64,000 nucleotides of DNA from Candidatus Microgenomates bacterium (GTDB lineage Bacteria; Patescibacteriota; JACPGU01): positions 40,198-104,197 of the forward strand of contig JACPGU010000004.1 of assembly GCA_016188915.1 (NCBI GenBank). Reading direction: 5' to 3'. Position numbers and translations under genes: made by a program. The notes under the pieces are model-generated. The model worked only from the letters and a program-made list of their open reading frames with translations. It had not been told where the DNA came from and did not search any database. Below are positions 1 through 9,881 of the stretch, piece after piece (the first letter of the stretch is position 1; every line of letters starts with the position of its first letter).

Positions 1-123
1 AGAAGGATTAAACAAGGTGCTTGACCAAGAATTTTCCCGAGAAGGAGGACATGAAATTTTTTTCCAAAAACTGTTGGAAAAGCTCCAGTCCTCCTGATCT
101 CCGCCTTTTTTTAAAAAAGGCAT

Positions 124-157
124 TCGTCCGGTTAATTGTGCCGGACGGATTTTTTTT
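124..157 (+). terminator. Intrinsic terminator of the upstream gene
   Basis: CGTCCGG..CCGGACG stem followed by a T7 run. Confidence 0.6.
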
Positions 158-217
158 GTTATTTAGAATATTTATGATAAAATATCTTTGGTTTTTGGTA
201 TTATCAACACTATTTTT

Positions 218-1696
218 ATGGCAAGTTTCATCAAAAAAATAAAAGGGGGTTTGAGGAAAAGAATACGACTTTTTTTTCACCCCTACGATCAGCTTTTTTC
301 TGACAATACGACTCGTTGTCATTTCATTGGCATCGGGGGGATTGGTATGAGCGGTCTGGCCCATATCATGAAAGAGAGAGGATTTAGCATTACGGGATCT
401 GACATCTTGGAAAGTTCTATCACCAAAAAATTAGTCAAAGATGGAGTAAAAATTGCCATCGGGCATAAAAGAGTCAATCTGGCTGACTACACAGATGCTG
501 TTGTTGTCTCTTCGGCTATTCCAAAAAACAATCCCGAGATTGAAAAAGCTTTGGAGCTAGGCATCCCTATTGTCAAAAGATCATATGTTTTAGGGCAGCT
601 AATGAAAAAGCAAAGAGGGATCGCTATTTCTGGCACACATGGCAAAACGACCACCACGACAATGATCACTCTACTTTTACAGGCGGCCAAAATGGATCCG
701 GCAGCTCTAATCGGCGGGGAAGTAAAAAATATCGGTGGCAATTTCCTGGCAGGGAAGGGGCAATATTTCATCGCCGAAGCCTGCGAATACGATAGATCAT
801 TTCTCGATTTCTATCCCGAGGTGGCGGTGATTACTAATATAGAAGAGGATCATTTGGATTATTATCGTGATTTGGCAGAAATCAAAAAAGCTTTCAAGAA
901 ATTTGTCGCTAAAATTCCAAAAAAAGGATTACTGATTTTTTCCATGGACGATCGGAATGCTTACGAAGTGGCGCAAGCAGCCAGATGCCATGTTATTGGC
1001 TATGGTTTTAGCAGCAAAAATAGGATGGAGGGTTTGAAAATTGATTCTTATTGGGAGGTAGAAGAAGTAGCGCAAGAAAAAGGCAAAACTAGATTTTCCG
1101 TCAGCAATGGTAAAAAAATGGGAGAATTTATCCTCCATATCCCAGGCAAGCATAATGTTTCCAACGCTTGCGCGTCTATTATTGTCGCTGATTATTTGGG
1201 AATAGACCCTGAAATCATGAAAAAAACTTTGGCCGATTTTTCCGGCACCAAAAGAAGATTTGAAATATTAGGGGAGAAAGGCGGCGTTGTGATTATTGAC
1301 GATTACGCTCATCACCCGACGGAAATCAAAGCGACACTAGAAGGAGTGAAAAAATTTTATAAAGAGAAAAAAATAGTGGCTGTTTTTGAACCGCATCAAT
1401 ACAGCAGAACCAGGCTTTTGCTCAAAGAATTCGGCGCTTGTTTTGATAACGCTGACCTGGTGATTATTCCTGGTATCTACGCGGTACGCGACAGTAAGAT
1501 AGATATCAAAAGTGTGACACCAAAAGATCTGGTTTCTGAAATAGAAAAAAACGGTACTAATGCTATATATATAGAAGGCTACGAGAAAACCATCCAATAT
1601 TTGCAGAAAAACTTAGGAAAAGATACCATTCTTCTCACCCTTGGCGCGGGGAATGTTTATAAAATAGGAGAAGGATATATGGGTCTTCACTTTTAA
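218..1696 (+). CDS. murC: UDP-N-acetylmuramate--L-alanine ligase
   Basis: HFIGIGGIGMSG, SGTHGKTTTT P-loop, EACEYD, DDYAHHPTE motifs; first ATG of the ORF is at 218. Confidence 0.95.
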   Translation: MASFIKKIKGGLRKRIRLFFHPYDQLFSDNTTRCHFIGIGGIGMSGLAHIMKERGFSITGSDILESSITKKLVKDGVKIAIGHKRVNLADYTDAVVVSSAIPKNNPEIEKALELGIPIVKRSYVLGQLMKKQRGIAISGTHGKTTTTTMITLLLQAAKMDPAALIGGEVKNIGGNFLAGKGQYFIAEACEYDRSFLDFYPEVAVITNIEEDHLDYYRDLAEIKKAFKKFVAKIPKKGLLIFSMDDRNAYEVAQAARCHVIGYGFSSKNRMEGLKIDSYWEVEEVAQEKGKTRFSVSNGKKMGEFILHIPGKHNVSNACASIIVADYLGIDPEIMKKTLADFSGTKRRFEILGEKGGVVIIDDYAHHPTEIKATLEGVKKFYKEKKIVAVFEPHQYSRTRLLLKEFGACFDNADLVIIPGIYAVRDSKIDIKSVTPKDLVSEIEKNGTNAIYIEGYEKTIQYLQKNLGKDTILLTLGAGNVYKIGEGYMGLHF

Positions 1697-1719
1697 TTTT
1701 TTACTCCTAACTGTATAAA

Positions 1720-2604
1720 ATGGTGTTTAGGATTTTTAGAAGAAAAAATAGGACATACTTGCCGCGGCAAAAAAGAGTAGAGCAGTATTATCAAACAGAA
1801 AAAAAGAAAAAATTTTCTTTTTCTTTTCGCTCGCCCATAGCCGAGGCGAAAAATTTACCCGGCCAATATGCCAATGCTATTTTTGGTCGGCCATATCGCC
1901 TAATACGAGTATCTTATCTCTATATTGGGATTAGTCTGATTCTGACCCTAATTATTATTTACTTTGTTTTATTTTCTAGTATTTTTCAGATAAAAAAAAT
2001 CACTGTTTCCGGTAATCAGGTTTTACTAGAAGACGATGTCGTTAGTTTTTTGAAAGATCGCAATATTGAAAAGAAAAATATTTTTCTGCTGAATTCTTCT
2101 CAGCTGAAAGGTATTTTAAAAGATTATTATCGTAGGATAGAGGATGTCAGGGTTTATCGTGTTTTACCTTCTAAGATAAAAATAAAAATCAGTGAAAAAC
2201 CCAGTGCTATTATTTGGCGGACGGGGGAGAGCAGGTATCTTTTGGATATGAACGGATTTGTTTTGGGCCAGCCAGAAGAAGGCACTCCGATGCCGGAAGT
2301 GACGGATTTGGCCGCTTTGCCTGTTGGTGATGGCGCGCGAGTAGTGACTAGAACTTTTATTGATTTTGTTAATACGGTAGATGAAAGTTTGAAAAAAAGA
2401 TTTGGCCTAGGCGTTGTGGGCTATAGCATCAATCAAACTACTTTTGAATTAAAGACTCATATCAATAGTGGATTCTACCTGCTTTTTGATACATTGGCCG
2501 ATCCATCGGAACAATTAGAAAAATTGACCAAAGTTTATGAAAAAGGTGAAATCATTAACGAATATGTGATTTTATCAATAGAAGGGAAGGTCATCGTGAA
2601 ATAA
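1720..2604 (+). CDS. ftsQ: FtsQ/DivIB-type POTRA cell-division protein
   Basis: Single TM helix followed by FQIKKITVSGN...P..IKIKISEK POTRA pattern; follows murC. Confidence 0.75.
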   Translation: MVFRIFRRKNRTYLPRQKRVEQYYQTEKKKKFSFSFRSPIAEAKNLPGQYANAIFGRPYRLIRVSYLYIGISLILTLIIIYFVLFSSIFQIKKITVSGNQVLLEDDVVSFLKDRNIEKKNIFLLNSSQLKGILKDYYRRIEDVRVYRVLPSKIKIKISEKPSAIIWRTGESRYLLDMNGFVLGQPEEGTPMPEVTDLAALPVGDGARVVTRTFIDFVNTVDESLKKRFGLGVVGYSINQTTFELKTHINSGFYLLFDTLADPSEQLEKLTKVYEKGEIINEYVILSIEGKVIVK

Positions 2605-2610
2605 GGGCCC

Positions 2611-4305
2611 ATGAATAATACCATTTGGAAAATCACAGACAAAATATCTGCCAAAGCCCAAAAGGCTTTGGCAGATTATGATGAGGTAACCCGCCAATTA
2701 CTTTTCAGTCGTGGCATTATTACAAAAAAAGAAGCAGAAGATTTTTTTCATCCCAACTACGAAGATTTGCCAGATCCCTATTCGATGAAAGATATGGAGA
2801 AAGCGGTAAAAAGAATCATTCGAGCGATAGAAAAAAAAGAAAGAATAGTAATCTATGGAGATTATGATGTGGACGGGATCACCTCTACCGCTTTGCTCTA
2901 TCAAGGATTATTACGCTTGGGAGCTGACGTCAAATTTTATATTCCACATCGTGTCAAAGAAGGCTATGGAATGAATGTGGCTTCTATCGATTTTTTAGCC
3001 GAAGAAGGTACACGACTCATCATCACTGTCGATAATGGCATCAGCGCCCATGAAGAGATAGAGCAGGCCAAAAAATTGGGCATGGATATTGTGATAACCG
3101 ATCATCATGAGATAACCAAAGATGTTCCGGAAGCGTATGCGATATTGAACCCCAAACAAAAAAACGATGCCTACCCCTTTAAGGATCTTTGTGGAGTAGG
3201 GGTAGCCTTTAAGTTAATTTCGGCCTTGGTTATCAAAACGAAAAAAAAAGATTTTTCCCCTGATCAGCTGAAGTGGTATTTGGATTTGGTGGCGCTGGGA
3301 ACTATTTCCGATGTTATGCCATTGGTTGGAGAAAATAGGGCTTTGGTTCATTTTGGTTTGATAGTTTTGACTCAGACAAAAAATATCGGGCTAAAAGCTT
3401 TGGCAAAAATTGGAGGGATTGATTTGAAAAAAAGTAGTCCCTACACGATAGGATTTCAGATCGGACCGAGGTTGAACGCCGCCGGGCGAATGGCGCATGC
3501 CGAGACGGCACTTTCTTTGATTTTGGCGGATGATATTCCGACTGCCGAAATGCTAGCTTTAAGACTGGAAAGATTGAATAGCGAGAGGCAAAAAACCGTT
3601 AAAGAAAGTTTGGAAAATTTGAAAGCTAGCTTTGTTGAAAAAAAAATGACCAAAGCATTGGTTGTTGGGCATAAAGATTGGTCGGCTGGCATTATTGGTT
3701 TGATTGCTGGCAGAATGTCGGAAGAATTTTCCCGGCCGGTTTTTTGTCTGTCTTTGGACGGAGATGTTTTCAAGGGTTCGGTTAGATCGTCTATTAATTT
3801 TTCCGTGATAGAAGCTCTATCGGCTACCAAAGAATGCTATATTGGTTATGGAGGGCATTTCGCGGCGGGAGGATTTTCTATTCTGCCGGAAAATTTTGAT
3901 ATATTTCAAAGTAAAATAATATCTTACGCGGAGAATATTTTGCAAGATGAGGATATGGCAAAAATTTTAATGATTGATATGGAGATTGATGGGGGAGAGA
4001 TTGGAGAAGAATTATTTACCAAAATTCAAAAATTTGCTCCTTTTGGGCAGGGGAATAGAGAGCCGGTTTTTGCGAGCCAATTCAAAATAAAAGAAGCCAA
4101 GGCGGTAGGCGAAGACGGCAAACATTTGAAGCTGGCGCTGTCTTCTGATTCTAAAAATATTTATGGCATTGCTTTTGGTTTGGGGGATTTGGCTTCTCGC
4201 CTCCCCTTTGGGACAGATGTCAAAATAGCTTATAATATTTCGGAAAATATCTGGGGGGAAAGGAGGAGGATAGAGATGAAGGTGAAGGATATAAAGATAG
4301 GATAG
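2611..4305 (+). CDS. recJ: ssDNA-specific exonuclease RecJ
   Basis: DHH-family motifs YGDYDVDG, ITVDNG, ITDHH, GPRLNAAGR, GGHFAAGG. Confidence 0.95.
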   Translation: MNNTIWKITDKISAKAQKALADYDEVTRQLLFSRGIITKKEAEDFFHPNYEDLPDPYSMKDMEKAVKRIIRAIEKKERIVIYGDYDVDGITSTALLYQGLLRLGADVKFYIPHRVKEGYGMNVASIDFLAEEGTRLIITVDNGISAHEEIEQAKKLGMDIVITDHHEITKDVPEAYAILNPKQKNDAYPFKDLCGVGVAFKLISALVIKTKKKDFSPDQLKWYLDLVALGTISDVMPLVGENRALVHFGLIVLTQTKNIGLKALAKIGGIDLKKSSPYTIGFQIGPRLNAAGRMAHAETALSLILADDIPTAEMLALRLERLNSERQKTVKESLENLKASFVEKKMTKALVVGHKDWSAGIIGLIAGRMSEEFSRPVFCLSLDGDVFKGSVRSSINFSVIEALSATKECYIGYGGHFAAGGFSILPENFDIFQSKIISYAENILQDEDMAKILMIDMEIDGGEIGEELFTKIQKFAPFGQGNREPVFASQFKIKEAKAVGEDGKHLKLALSSDSKNIYGIAFGLGDLASRLPFGTDVKIAYNISENIWGERRRIEMKVKDIKIG

Positions 4306-4367
4306 AAAACAAAAAAATAAAAAACTAAAAAAATATTAATTTCTTATTTTCTTAATTTCTTATTTTT

Positions 4368-5999
4368 TCATCTCATCGTATTGAGTAACGATATTCCCGT
4401 CATCTCGGCGGGCTTTTTGATGTTTAGCAGATCTAAAATAGTGGGGGCGACATCAGACAGAGTGCCGGTTGGCTCCATAATCAGTTCACGAAAGGTAGGA
4501 GAGGCTTTGGTTTTTTTCAAATCTCTGTGCGCCAAAATCAAAGGCACCGGGTAGATATTGTGTTCAGTGTCTACTTCACCTGTTTCAAAATTGATCATCT
4601 CTTCACTATTGCCATGATCAGAAGTGATGATGACAGACCCTCCCAGATCAATAATTTTTTTTGCTATTTTGCCTAAAAGATCGTCTACTTTTTCTATCCC
4701 CCGACAAGTGGCAGAAAAATCTCCAGTATGGCCCACCATGTCAGGATTGGCAAAATTGATGACATAAAAATCTTGTTCGTTTTTTTCTAAACTTCCCAAA
4801 ACTTTTTTAGCGATAGATTCGGCGCTCATGTGGGGCGCTTCATCAAAATTGCCAACTTTTAGAGAAGGGATGATGATGCGCGACTCGTTGGGGTATGGTT
4901 TTTCTTGTCCGCCATTGAAGAAATAAGTGACATGGGGATATTTTTGCGTTTCAGCGATATGCAATTGTTTGAGACCATGTTTGGCCAAGACTTCGGCTAA
5001 GGGATTTTTTATATTATTTTCAGGAAAGATGACGGGGAGACCAAGAGTGGGATCGTATTCAGTCATGGAGGCAATGAAAAGTTTTTTTATTTTTTTCACT
5101 TTAAAACCGCGAAAACGACGATCGGCAAAGGTGGCAACGATTTGCCTCATACGATCGGGACGGAAATTAAAGCAAAGCAAAGCGTCTCCATCGGTAATCC
5201 CAGTGATAGGTTTTTTGTTTTTATCAATTACGGTAGTAGGTTCAATGAATTCATCAGTTTTGCCCTTGGCATAGGCGGAAGCGATAACTTCGCGAATATT
5301 TTGTGTTTTATTGTTTGATGTGCCGATGATAGATTTGTAAGCCAGCTCTGTTCTTTCCCAGATTTTATCTCTATCCATACCAAAATAGCGACCACCGATA
5401 CTGGCGATTTGAGCATCTATTTTCAATTCTTTTATTTTTTTCTCTATATCGAAAATAAAATTTTCAGCGACATTGGGCTGGCTATCGCGACCATCGGTAA
5501 AAAGATGAAGAAAGATTTTTTTTATTTTTGCTTTCTCTGCCCACTCCAAAAGATAGAGGAGATGTTCTATGTGAGAATGGACACCTCCAGCTGAAATCAG
5601 CCCCAAAAGATGCAAATTGCCCTTGGTTTTTTTCAAATGATGGAGTATATCATTCGTCACTGAGTTTTCTTCCAGCGCGCCGTGTTCAATGGCGCGCGAG
5701 ACGCGAAGCAAGGGTTGATAAACAACACGACCGGCACCGATATTCAAATGGCCGACCTCAGAATTGCCGAATTCACCATAGGGTAGCCCTACTTCATTGC
5801 CAGAAGAATGAAGGAGGGTTTTGACAAAATATTTAGCAAGGTAATCTAGATTGGGGGTTTTGGCATGCCAAACAGCATTGCCTTCCGAGATCGGCGAGAT
5901 GCCGAATCCATCCAAGATAACGAGAGCAACAGGATGAGGGATTTTTTCTATTTTGTCGCGATTGGTAATTGTTTTGCCAAAAAAAGAGAACATACCCAT
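4368..5999 (-). CDS. gpmI: 2,3-bisphosphoglycerate-independent phosphoglycerate mutase
   Basis: ILDGFG, GNSEVGH, NFANPDMVGHTG, TSDHGN motifs. Confidence 0.95.
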   Translation of the reverse strand: MGMFSFFGKTITNRDKIEKIPHPVALVILDGFGISPISEGNAVWHAKTPNLDYLAKYFVKTLLHSSGNEVGLPYGEFGNSEVGHLNIGAGRVVYQPLLRVSRAIEHGALEENSVTNDILHHLKKTKGNLHLLGLISAGGVHSHIEHLLYLLEWAEKAKIKKIFLHLFTDGRDSQPNVAENFIFDIEKKIKELKIDAQIASIGGRYFGMDRDKIWERTELAYKSIIGTSNNKTQNIREVIASAYAKGKTDEFIEPTTVIDKNKKPITGITDGDALLCFNFRPDRMRQIVATFADRRFRGFKVKKIKKLFIASMTEYDPTLGLPVIFPENNIKNPLAEVLAKHGLKQLHIAETQKYPHVTYFFNGGQEKPYPNESRIIIPSLKVGNFDEAPHMSAESIAKKVLGSLEKNEQDFYVINFANPDMVGHTGDFSATCRGIEKVDDLLGKIAKKIIDLGGSVIITSDHGNSEEMINFETGEVDTEHNIYPVPLILAHRDLKKTKASPTFRELIMEPTGTLSDVAPTILDLLNIKKPAEMTGISLLNTMR

Positions 6000-6097
6000 A
6001 TTCTTTTGTTTTTATTTTTACCTATTATCTATCATATAAGAAAGATTGTGGCATTGCAATTAGAACATCTTTCGTTGTGATGCTTGGCGTTAAAAAA

Positions 6098-6181
6098 TGC
6101 CGCGGGAGAGACTCGAACTCTCATGATATTGCTATCGCAGGATTTTGAGTCCTGTGCGTCTACCAGTTCCGCCACCGCGGC
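6098..6181 (-). tRNA. tRNA-Leu(CAA)
   Basis: Cloverleaf GCCGCGG/CCGCGGC, anticodon arm CAGGA-CTCAAAA-TCCTG, long variable arm, GTTCGAGTC T-loop. Confidence 0.95.
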
Positions 6182-6313
6182 TCTTTGTTGCAAAAACAAA
6201 ATAAATAACAGTGAATAGAAAGAACAAAAGTCTATTGAGATAACTACCAATATATCATAGCAAAAAAATCCTTCAGTTTCAATTTTTATTTTTTTTACTA
6301 TGAAAACAAGTCT

Positions 6314-6341
6314 TTGCCAAAAGCCGGTATTTTGTTAGAAT
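6314..6341 (+). promoter_or_regulatory. Sigma70-type promoter of the sortase gene, probably leaderless
   Basis: TTGCCA-16-TAGAAT with TGn extension; ATG 6 nt after the -10. Confidence 0.55.
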
Positions 6342-6347
6342 AGGGCA

Positions 6348-7067
6348 ATGGCTGACGGCTACTACCAAAAAAAAGGACTTATTCCCCATTGGCTCAAAAG
6401 AGAATTGGCGGTTTTTGGCGGAATGTTCGTAGAAAGCTCCAAATTCATCTTGGTGTCTTTTTTGGTATTCGGCACTATTTTTGGCTCTATCAATGGTCCC
6501 GCCATTTGGAATAATGTTCGTTGGTGGTGGTATGTCAATTATGTGGACGATCATTCTGGCAGTTGGTGGGGATTGAAATTGCCCAGCATCGGCGATGACG
6601 CGACGCCGGACAATACTCTTTTTATTCCCAAAATAGGCGTTCAGACACCTATCCAATACTCCAAAACTCGTTTGAACTCCGAAGTGAACAAACTCTTGCT
6701 TGATGGCGTAGTGCATTATGCCGACACTGCCTTGCCAGGAAAGAGGGGCAATGTTTTTATTACCGGACACTCTTCTTTTTACTGGTGGAGCAAGGGAAAT
6801 TATAATAGTATTTTTAGCATTTTGGACAAATTGGTGGTGGGCGATATTGTCTATATCAACTACAATGGCGTTCGCTATACCTACCGAGTAGAAAAAACCA
6901 AAGTAACATTGCCGACTGATCTGTCGGTGCTTTCGCAGGGAGACGAGAACATTTTGACTCTTATGACCTGCACGCCCGTAGGCACTAATTATCGCCGGCT
7001 GATAGTGACAGCCAAACAGATTTCTCCTGCCCCTCCATCGGCTAAAAAAACTTTTTTAAAACTCTAA
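6348..7067 (+). CDS. Sortase
   Basis: N-terminal TM, GNVFITGHS, LTLMTC, RRLIV (His/Cys/Arg triad). Confidence 0.9.
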   Translation: MADGYYQKKGLIPHWLKRELAVFGGMFVESSKFILVSFLVFGTIFGSINGPAIWNNVRWWWYVNYVDDHSGSWWGLKLPSIGDDATPDNTLFIPKIGVQTPIQYSKTRLNSEVNKLLLDGVVHYADTALPGKRGNVFITGHSSFYWWSKGNYNSIFSILDKLVVGDIVYINYNGVRYTYRVEKTKVTLPTDLSVLSQGDENILTLMTCTPVGTNYRRLIVTAKQISPAPPSAKKTFLKL

Positions 7068-8434
7068 AAAGAGATCAGGGCAAGTGATTTGCCACTATCT
7101 TTTTGCTCTACTACTAGAATAGCCGAAGAACCGACTACGCGAAAATCATAGACGGCAGAATCCGTAATGAGCGTGTTGTTACTACCATCCAGCCGAATGA
7201 GATTGAGGCGATTGTCGGCGGTGTAAAAAAGATAATAATTATTGGCGAATTCTCTCAAATCGCTTAAAGGCTGGCTGATTCTGGTAATCAGTTTGTTTTG
7301 TTTTTCTTTCTTTATTTCATTGGGGTCAAAACGCCATATCTCATAATTGCGGGTATAGTAAATATCGTATCCTTTATCGCCATAAAGTAGGCGAGTCACT
7401 TGATCATTGAGGCTGATAGTCGGCTCACCAGAAGAGAATACGCCGAGTTGGCCGTTATTCAAAATATAAAATTGTCGCCCATTTGCTCCCGGCAAAATAG
7501 TGAAATCATCGCTTGGAGTGAAATCATCAAGGACAAAATCAATCTGCTCTATACTGGTATCGTAGCGAGCCAATTTTTTCTCCGCATTTTGGACAAAGTA
7601 TAAATATTGATTATCTCCGGAGACGGATGAAACATTTTTGACGGCGATATTGATATTTTTTTGCGCTATATTGATCTGGTAAAGATCGCGGCCGTTAGTG
7701 CCAAAAAGTTCATTATTATTTTTGTCCAAGAAAAATATCTCTTCAAAAAAAGGAGAGAAAGAAAAAGCTTGATGGAAATAAAAACCTTCCCTGGTGTCAG
7801 TGTCCAGCCAATAAATAATATTACCAATATCACGGATGAAAATAACGGTTGATCTTTTGCTGTCGCTTGACCAAAAAAAGCGGATATTTTTCGTTTGATC
7901 GGGGATTTTTATGCCTAGATCGTAATCAGTTTTTTTACTTAAATCATAAATATTGACGGAACGATCAACCGTATAAATCATCTTGCGACTGTTGGGAGCA
8001 AAGGAAAAATCTTGAATATTTTTTTCTAAAAGAGATGTTTTTTGGATATTTTCTGGGACAAAGATGATTTTTTCTATTTCAGTAATCAATTCCGGGACGA
8101 TAATAATATGTTCGCGATAGGGGAGATAGCTTTCTTTTTTTATCTCCAGATCGTATTCTCCTGGAAAAAGACTGATGCTTTTGGAATTGTGCCAAATGCT
8201 AGGTAGCAAGCTCTCTTTGAAGGGGGCTGGCTGGCCGTTTATGAAAATATTAGCGCCACCATCCGGGCTTTTGAAGACCAAGAGGCCGGTTTTTTGTACT
8301 TTCCAAGTATGGGTGTTTACTCTATAGCCGGCAGCGTAAAGAGCCAAATACAAACAAAAAACCGACAAAGCAACTATGATAATTGTGGCTATGGTGTAGT
8401 ATAGAGTTTTTTTGAATATTTTTTTCGCGGTCAT
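7064..8434 (-). CDS. Membrane-anchored PEGA-domain/beta-propeller protein
   Basis: TM helix, SPDGGANIFING...LFPGEYDLEIKKESY PEGA pattern, beta-rich C-terminus. Confidence 0.65.
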   Translation of the reverse strand: MTAKKIFKKTLYYTIATIIIVALSVFCLYLALYAAGYRVNTHTWKVQKTGLLVFKSPDGGANIFINGQPAPFKESLLPSIWHNSKSISLFPGEYDLEIKKESYLPYREHIIIVPELITEIEKIIFVPENIQKTSLLEKNIQDFSFAPNSRKMIYTVDRSVNIYDLSKKTDYDLGIKIPDQTKNIRFFWSSDSKRSTVIFIRDIGNIIYWLDTDTREGFYFHQAFSFSPFFEEIFFLDKNNNELFGTNGRDLYQINIAQKNINIAVKNVSSVSGDNQYLYFVQNAEKKLARYDTSIEQIDFVLDDFTPSDDFTILPGANGRQFYILNNGQLGVFSSGEPTISLNDQVTRLLYGDKGYDIYYTRNYEIWRFDPNEIKKEKQNKLITRISQPLSDLREFANNYYLFYTADNRLNLIRLDGSNNTLITDSAVYDFRVVGSSAILVVEQKDSGKSLALISF

Positions 8435-8511
8435 GGCGCCTTTATTATAGCATCTTTTTTACCCCAGACAAACTATCTAGGCAAAACAAACAATGATATA
8501 ATAAGGCTCTT

Positions 8512-9771
8512 ATGGAAAAATTGATAATCTGTGGTGGGAAAAAATTAACAGGCAAGATTTCGGCATCTGGTTCTAAAAACGCGGCCCTACCTCTGATGGG
8601 GGCATCTATTTTGACCGATGAAAAAATAATATTACGAAAAGTGCCGGATTTGGCTGACATTCGCGTAATGATTAAGATATTGCAACATATCGGTAAAAAA
8701 ATATCTTTTCATGGTGGCGTAATGGAGATTGAGCGGGGGAAGGAGACCAAAACAGAGGCTCCTTACGAATTGGTCCGGCAAATGCGCGCCTCAATTATCG
8801 TTTTGGGACCGCTTTTGGCAAGATTTGGCCAATGCCGAGTTTCTTTGCCTGGCGGTTGCGCTTTTGGTCCGCGGCCGGTGGATTTGCATATCAAGGGTAT
8901 GGAAAATCTGGGGGCAAAAATAACTCTTAATCATGGCTATATCTCGGCTAGTGCTAAAAAATTAAAAGGCAAAGAGATGGTTTTGGCGGGAGAATTCGGC
9001 TCATCTGTTTTGGGAACCGACAATGTAATGATGGCGGCAACTTTGGCCGAGGGCAAAACCGTCATCAAAAGCGCGGCTCGTGAGCCAGAATGTGTTGATT
9101 TGGCGGGACTGCTCGTCTCTATGGGAGCCAAAATATCAGGGGCGGGGACAGATACCATCACTATTGAGGGAGTGGACGAATTGACCGGCGCTGACTATAC
9201 TATTATTCCGGACAGGATAGAGGTAGCAACTTATTTGGCGGCGGGAGTGGTGACAGGTGGAGAGGTAACGGTAGAAAATTGCCGTCCGGATCATTTGGAG
9301 AATCCTTTGGATTTTTTAAAAAAAGTAGGATTTGATATTATAAAAGATGAAAACAGCATAAAAATCAGCGGACAGGGCAGGTATCCTTTGAATATCGCTA
9401 CTGGGCCGTATCCTGGTTTTCCTACTGATTTGCAGGCTATTTTTACCGTTATTGCTTGCTTACTCCCAGGTGAAAGTCATATTTCGGAGGGCATTTATTT
9501 AGACAGATTTTCTCATATTTTGGAATTGGCGAGACTCGGAGCCAAAATAGAGTCCAAAGGTTCCAGCATCACCATCAAAGGCAAAAGCAAATTGACTGGC
9601 GCGCCTATCCAAGCCTCTGATTTGCGTTGTGGCGCGGCGCTGGCGCTGGCGGCCTTGATGGCTTGCAACACTACGGAGCTTGCCGGAGTCTATCATATAG
9701 ATAGGGGTTATGAAAATTTTGAAGAAAAACTGAGGAGTTTGGGGGCGGAGATAGAGAGGGAAGGGGATTAG
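8512..9771 (+). CDS. murA: UDP-N-acetylglucosamine 1-carboxyvinyltransferase
   Basis: GSKNAALP, LPGGCAFGPRPVDLH with active-site Cys, PGFPTDLQ, HIDRGYE. Confidence 0.97.
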   Translation: MEKLIICGGKKLTGKISASGSKNAALPLMGASILTDEKIILRKVPDLADIRVMIKILQHIGKKISFHGGVMEIERGKETKTEAPYELVRQMRASIIVLGPLLARFGQCRVSLPGGCAFGPRPVDLHIKGMENLGAKITLNHGYISASAKKLKGKEMVLAGEFGSSVLGTDNVMMAATLAEGKTVIKSAAREPECVDLAGLLVSMGAKISGAGTDTITIEGVDELTGADYTIIPDRIEVATYLAAGVVTGGEVTVENCRPDHLENPLDFLKKVGFDIIKDENSIKISGQGRYPLNIATGPYPGFPTDLQAIFTVIACLLPGESHISEGIYLDRFSHILELARLGAKIESKGSSITIKGKSKLTGAPIQASDLRCGAALALAALMACNTTELAGVYHIDRGYENFEEKLRSLGAEIEREGD

Positions 9772-9776
9772 TTAAT

Positions 9777-9873
9777 TTTTGAATTTTGTAATTTTTAATT
9801 TTTAAATAAATCTTAATTTTTAATGTTTAAAAATTTGAATTTAGAAATTATTTAAAAATTACAAAATTCAAAA
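9777..9873. repeat. AT-rich intergenic element with a perfect 22-bp inverted repeat
   Basis: TTTTGAATTTTGTAATTTTTAA (9777-9798) versus its reverse complement (9852-9873); built of 7/8-mers. Confidence 0.85.
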
Positions 9874-9881
9874 TTCTAAAT

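Noticed and set aside
6032-6250. Short ORFs over RNA genes (also 24195-24515, 24446-24697) and 44126-44338 opposite rpmG
   Set aside because: They overlap tRNA-Leu, tRNA-Pro, the 6S candidate or rpmG.
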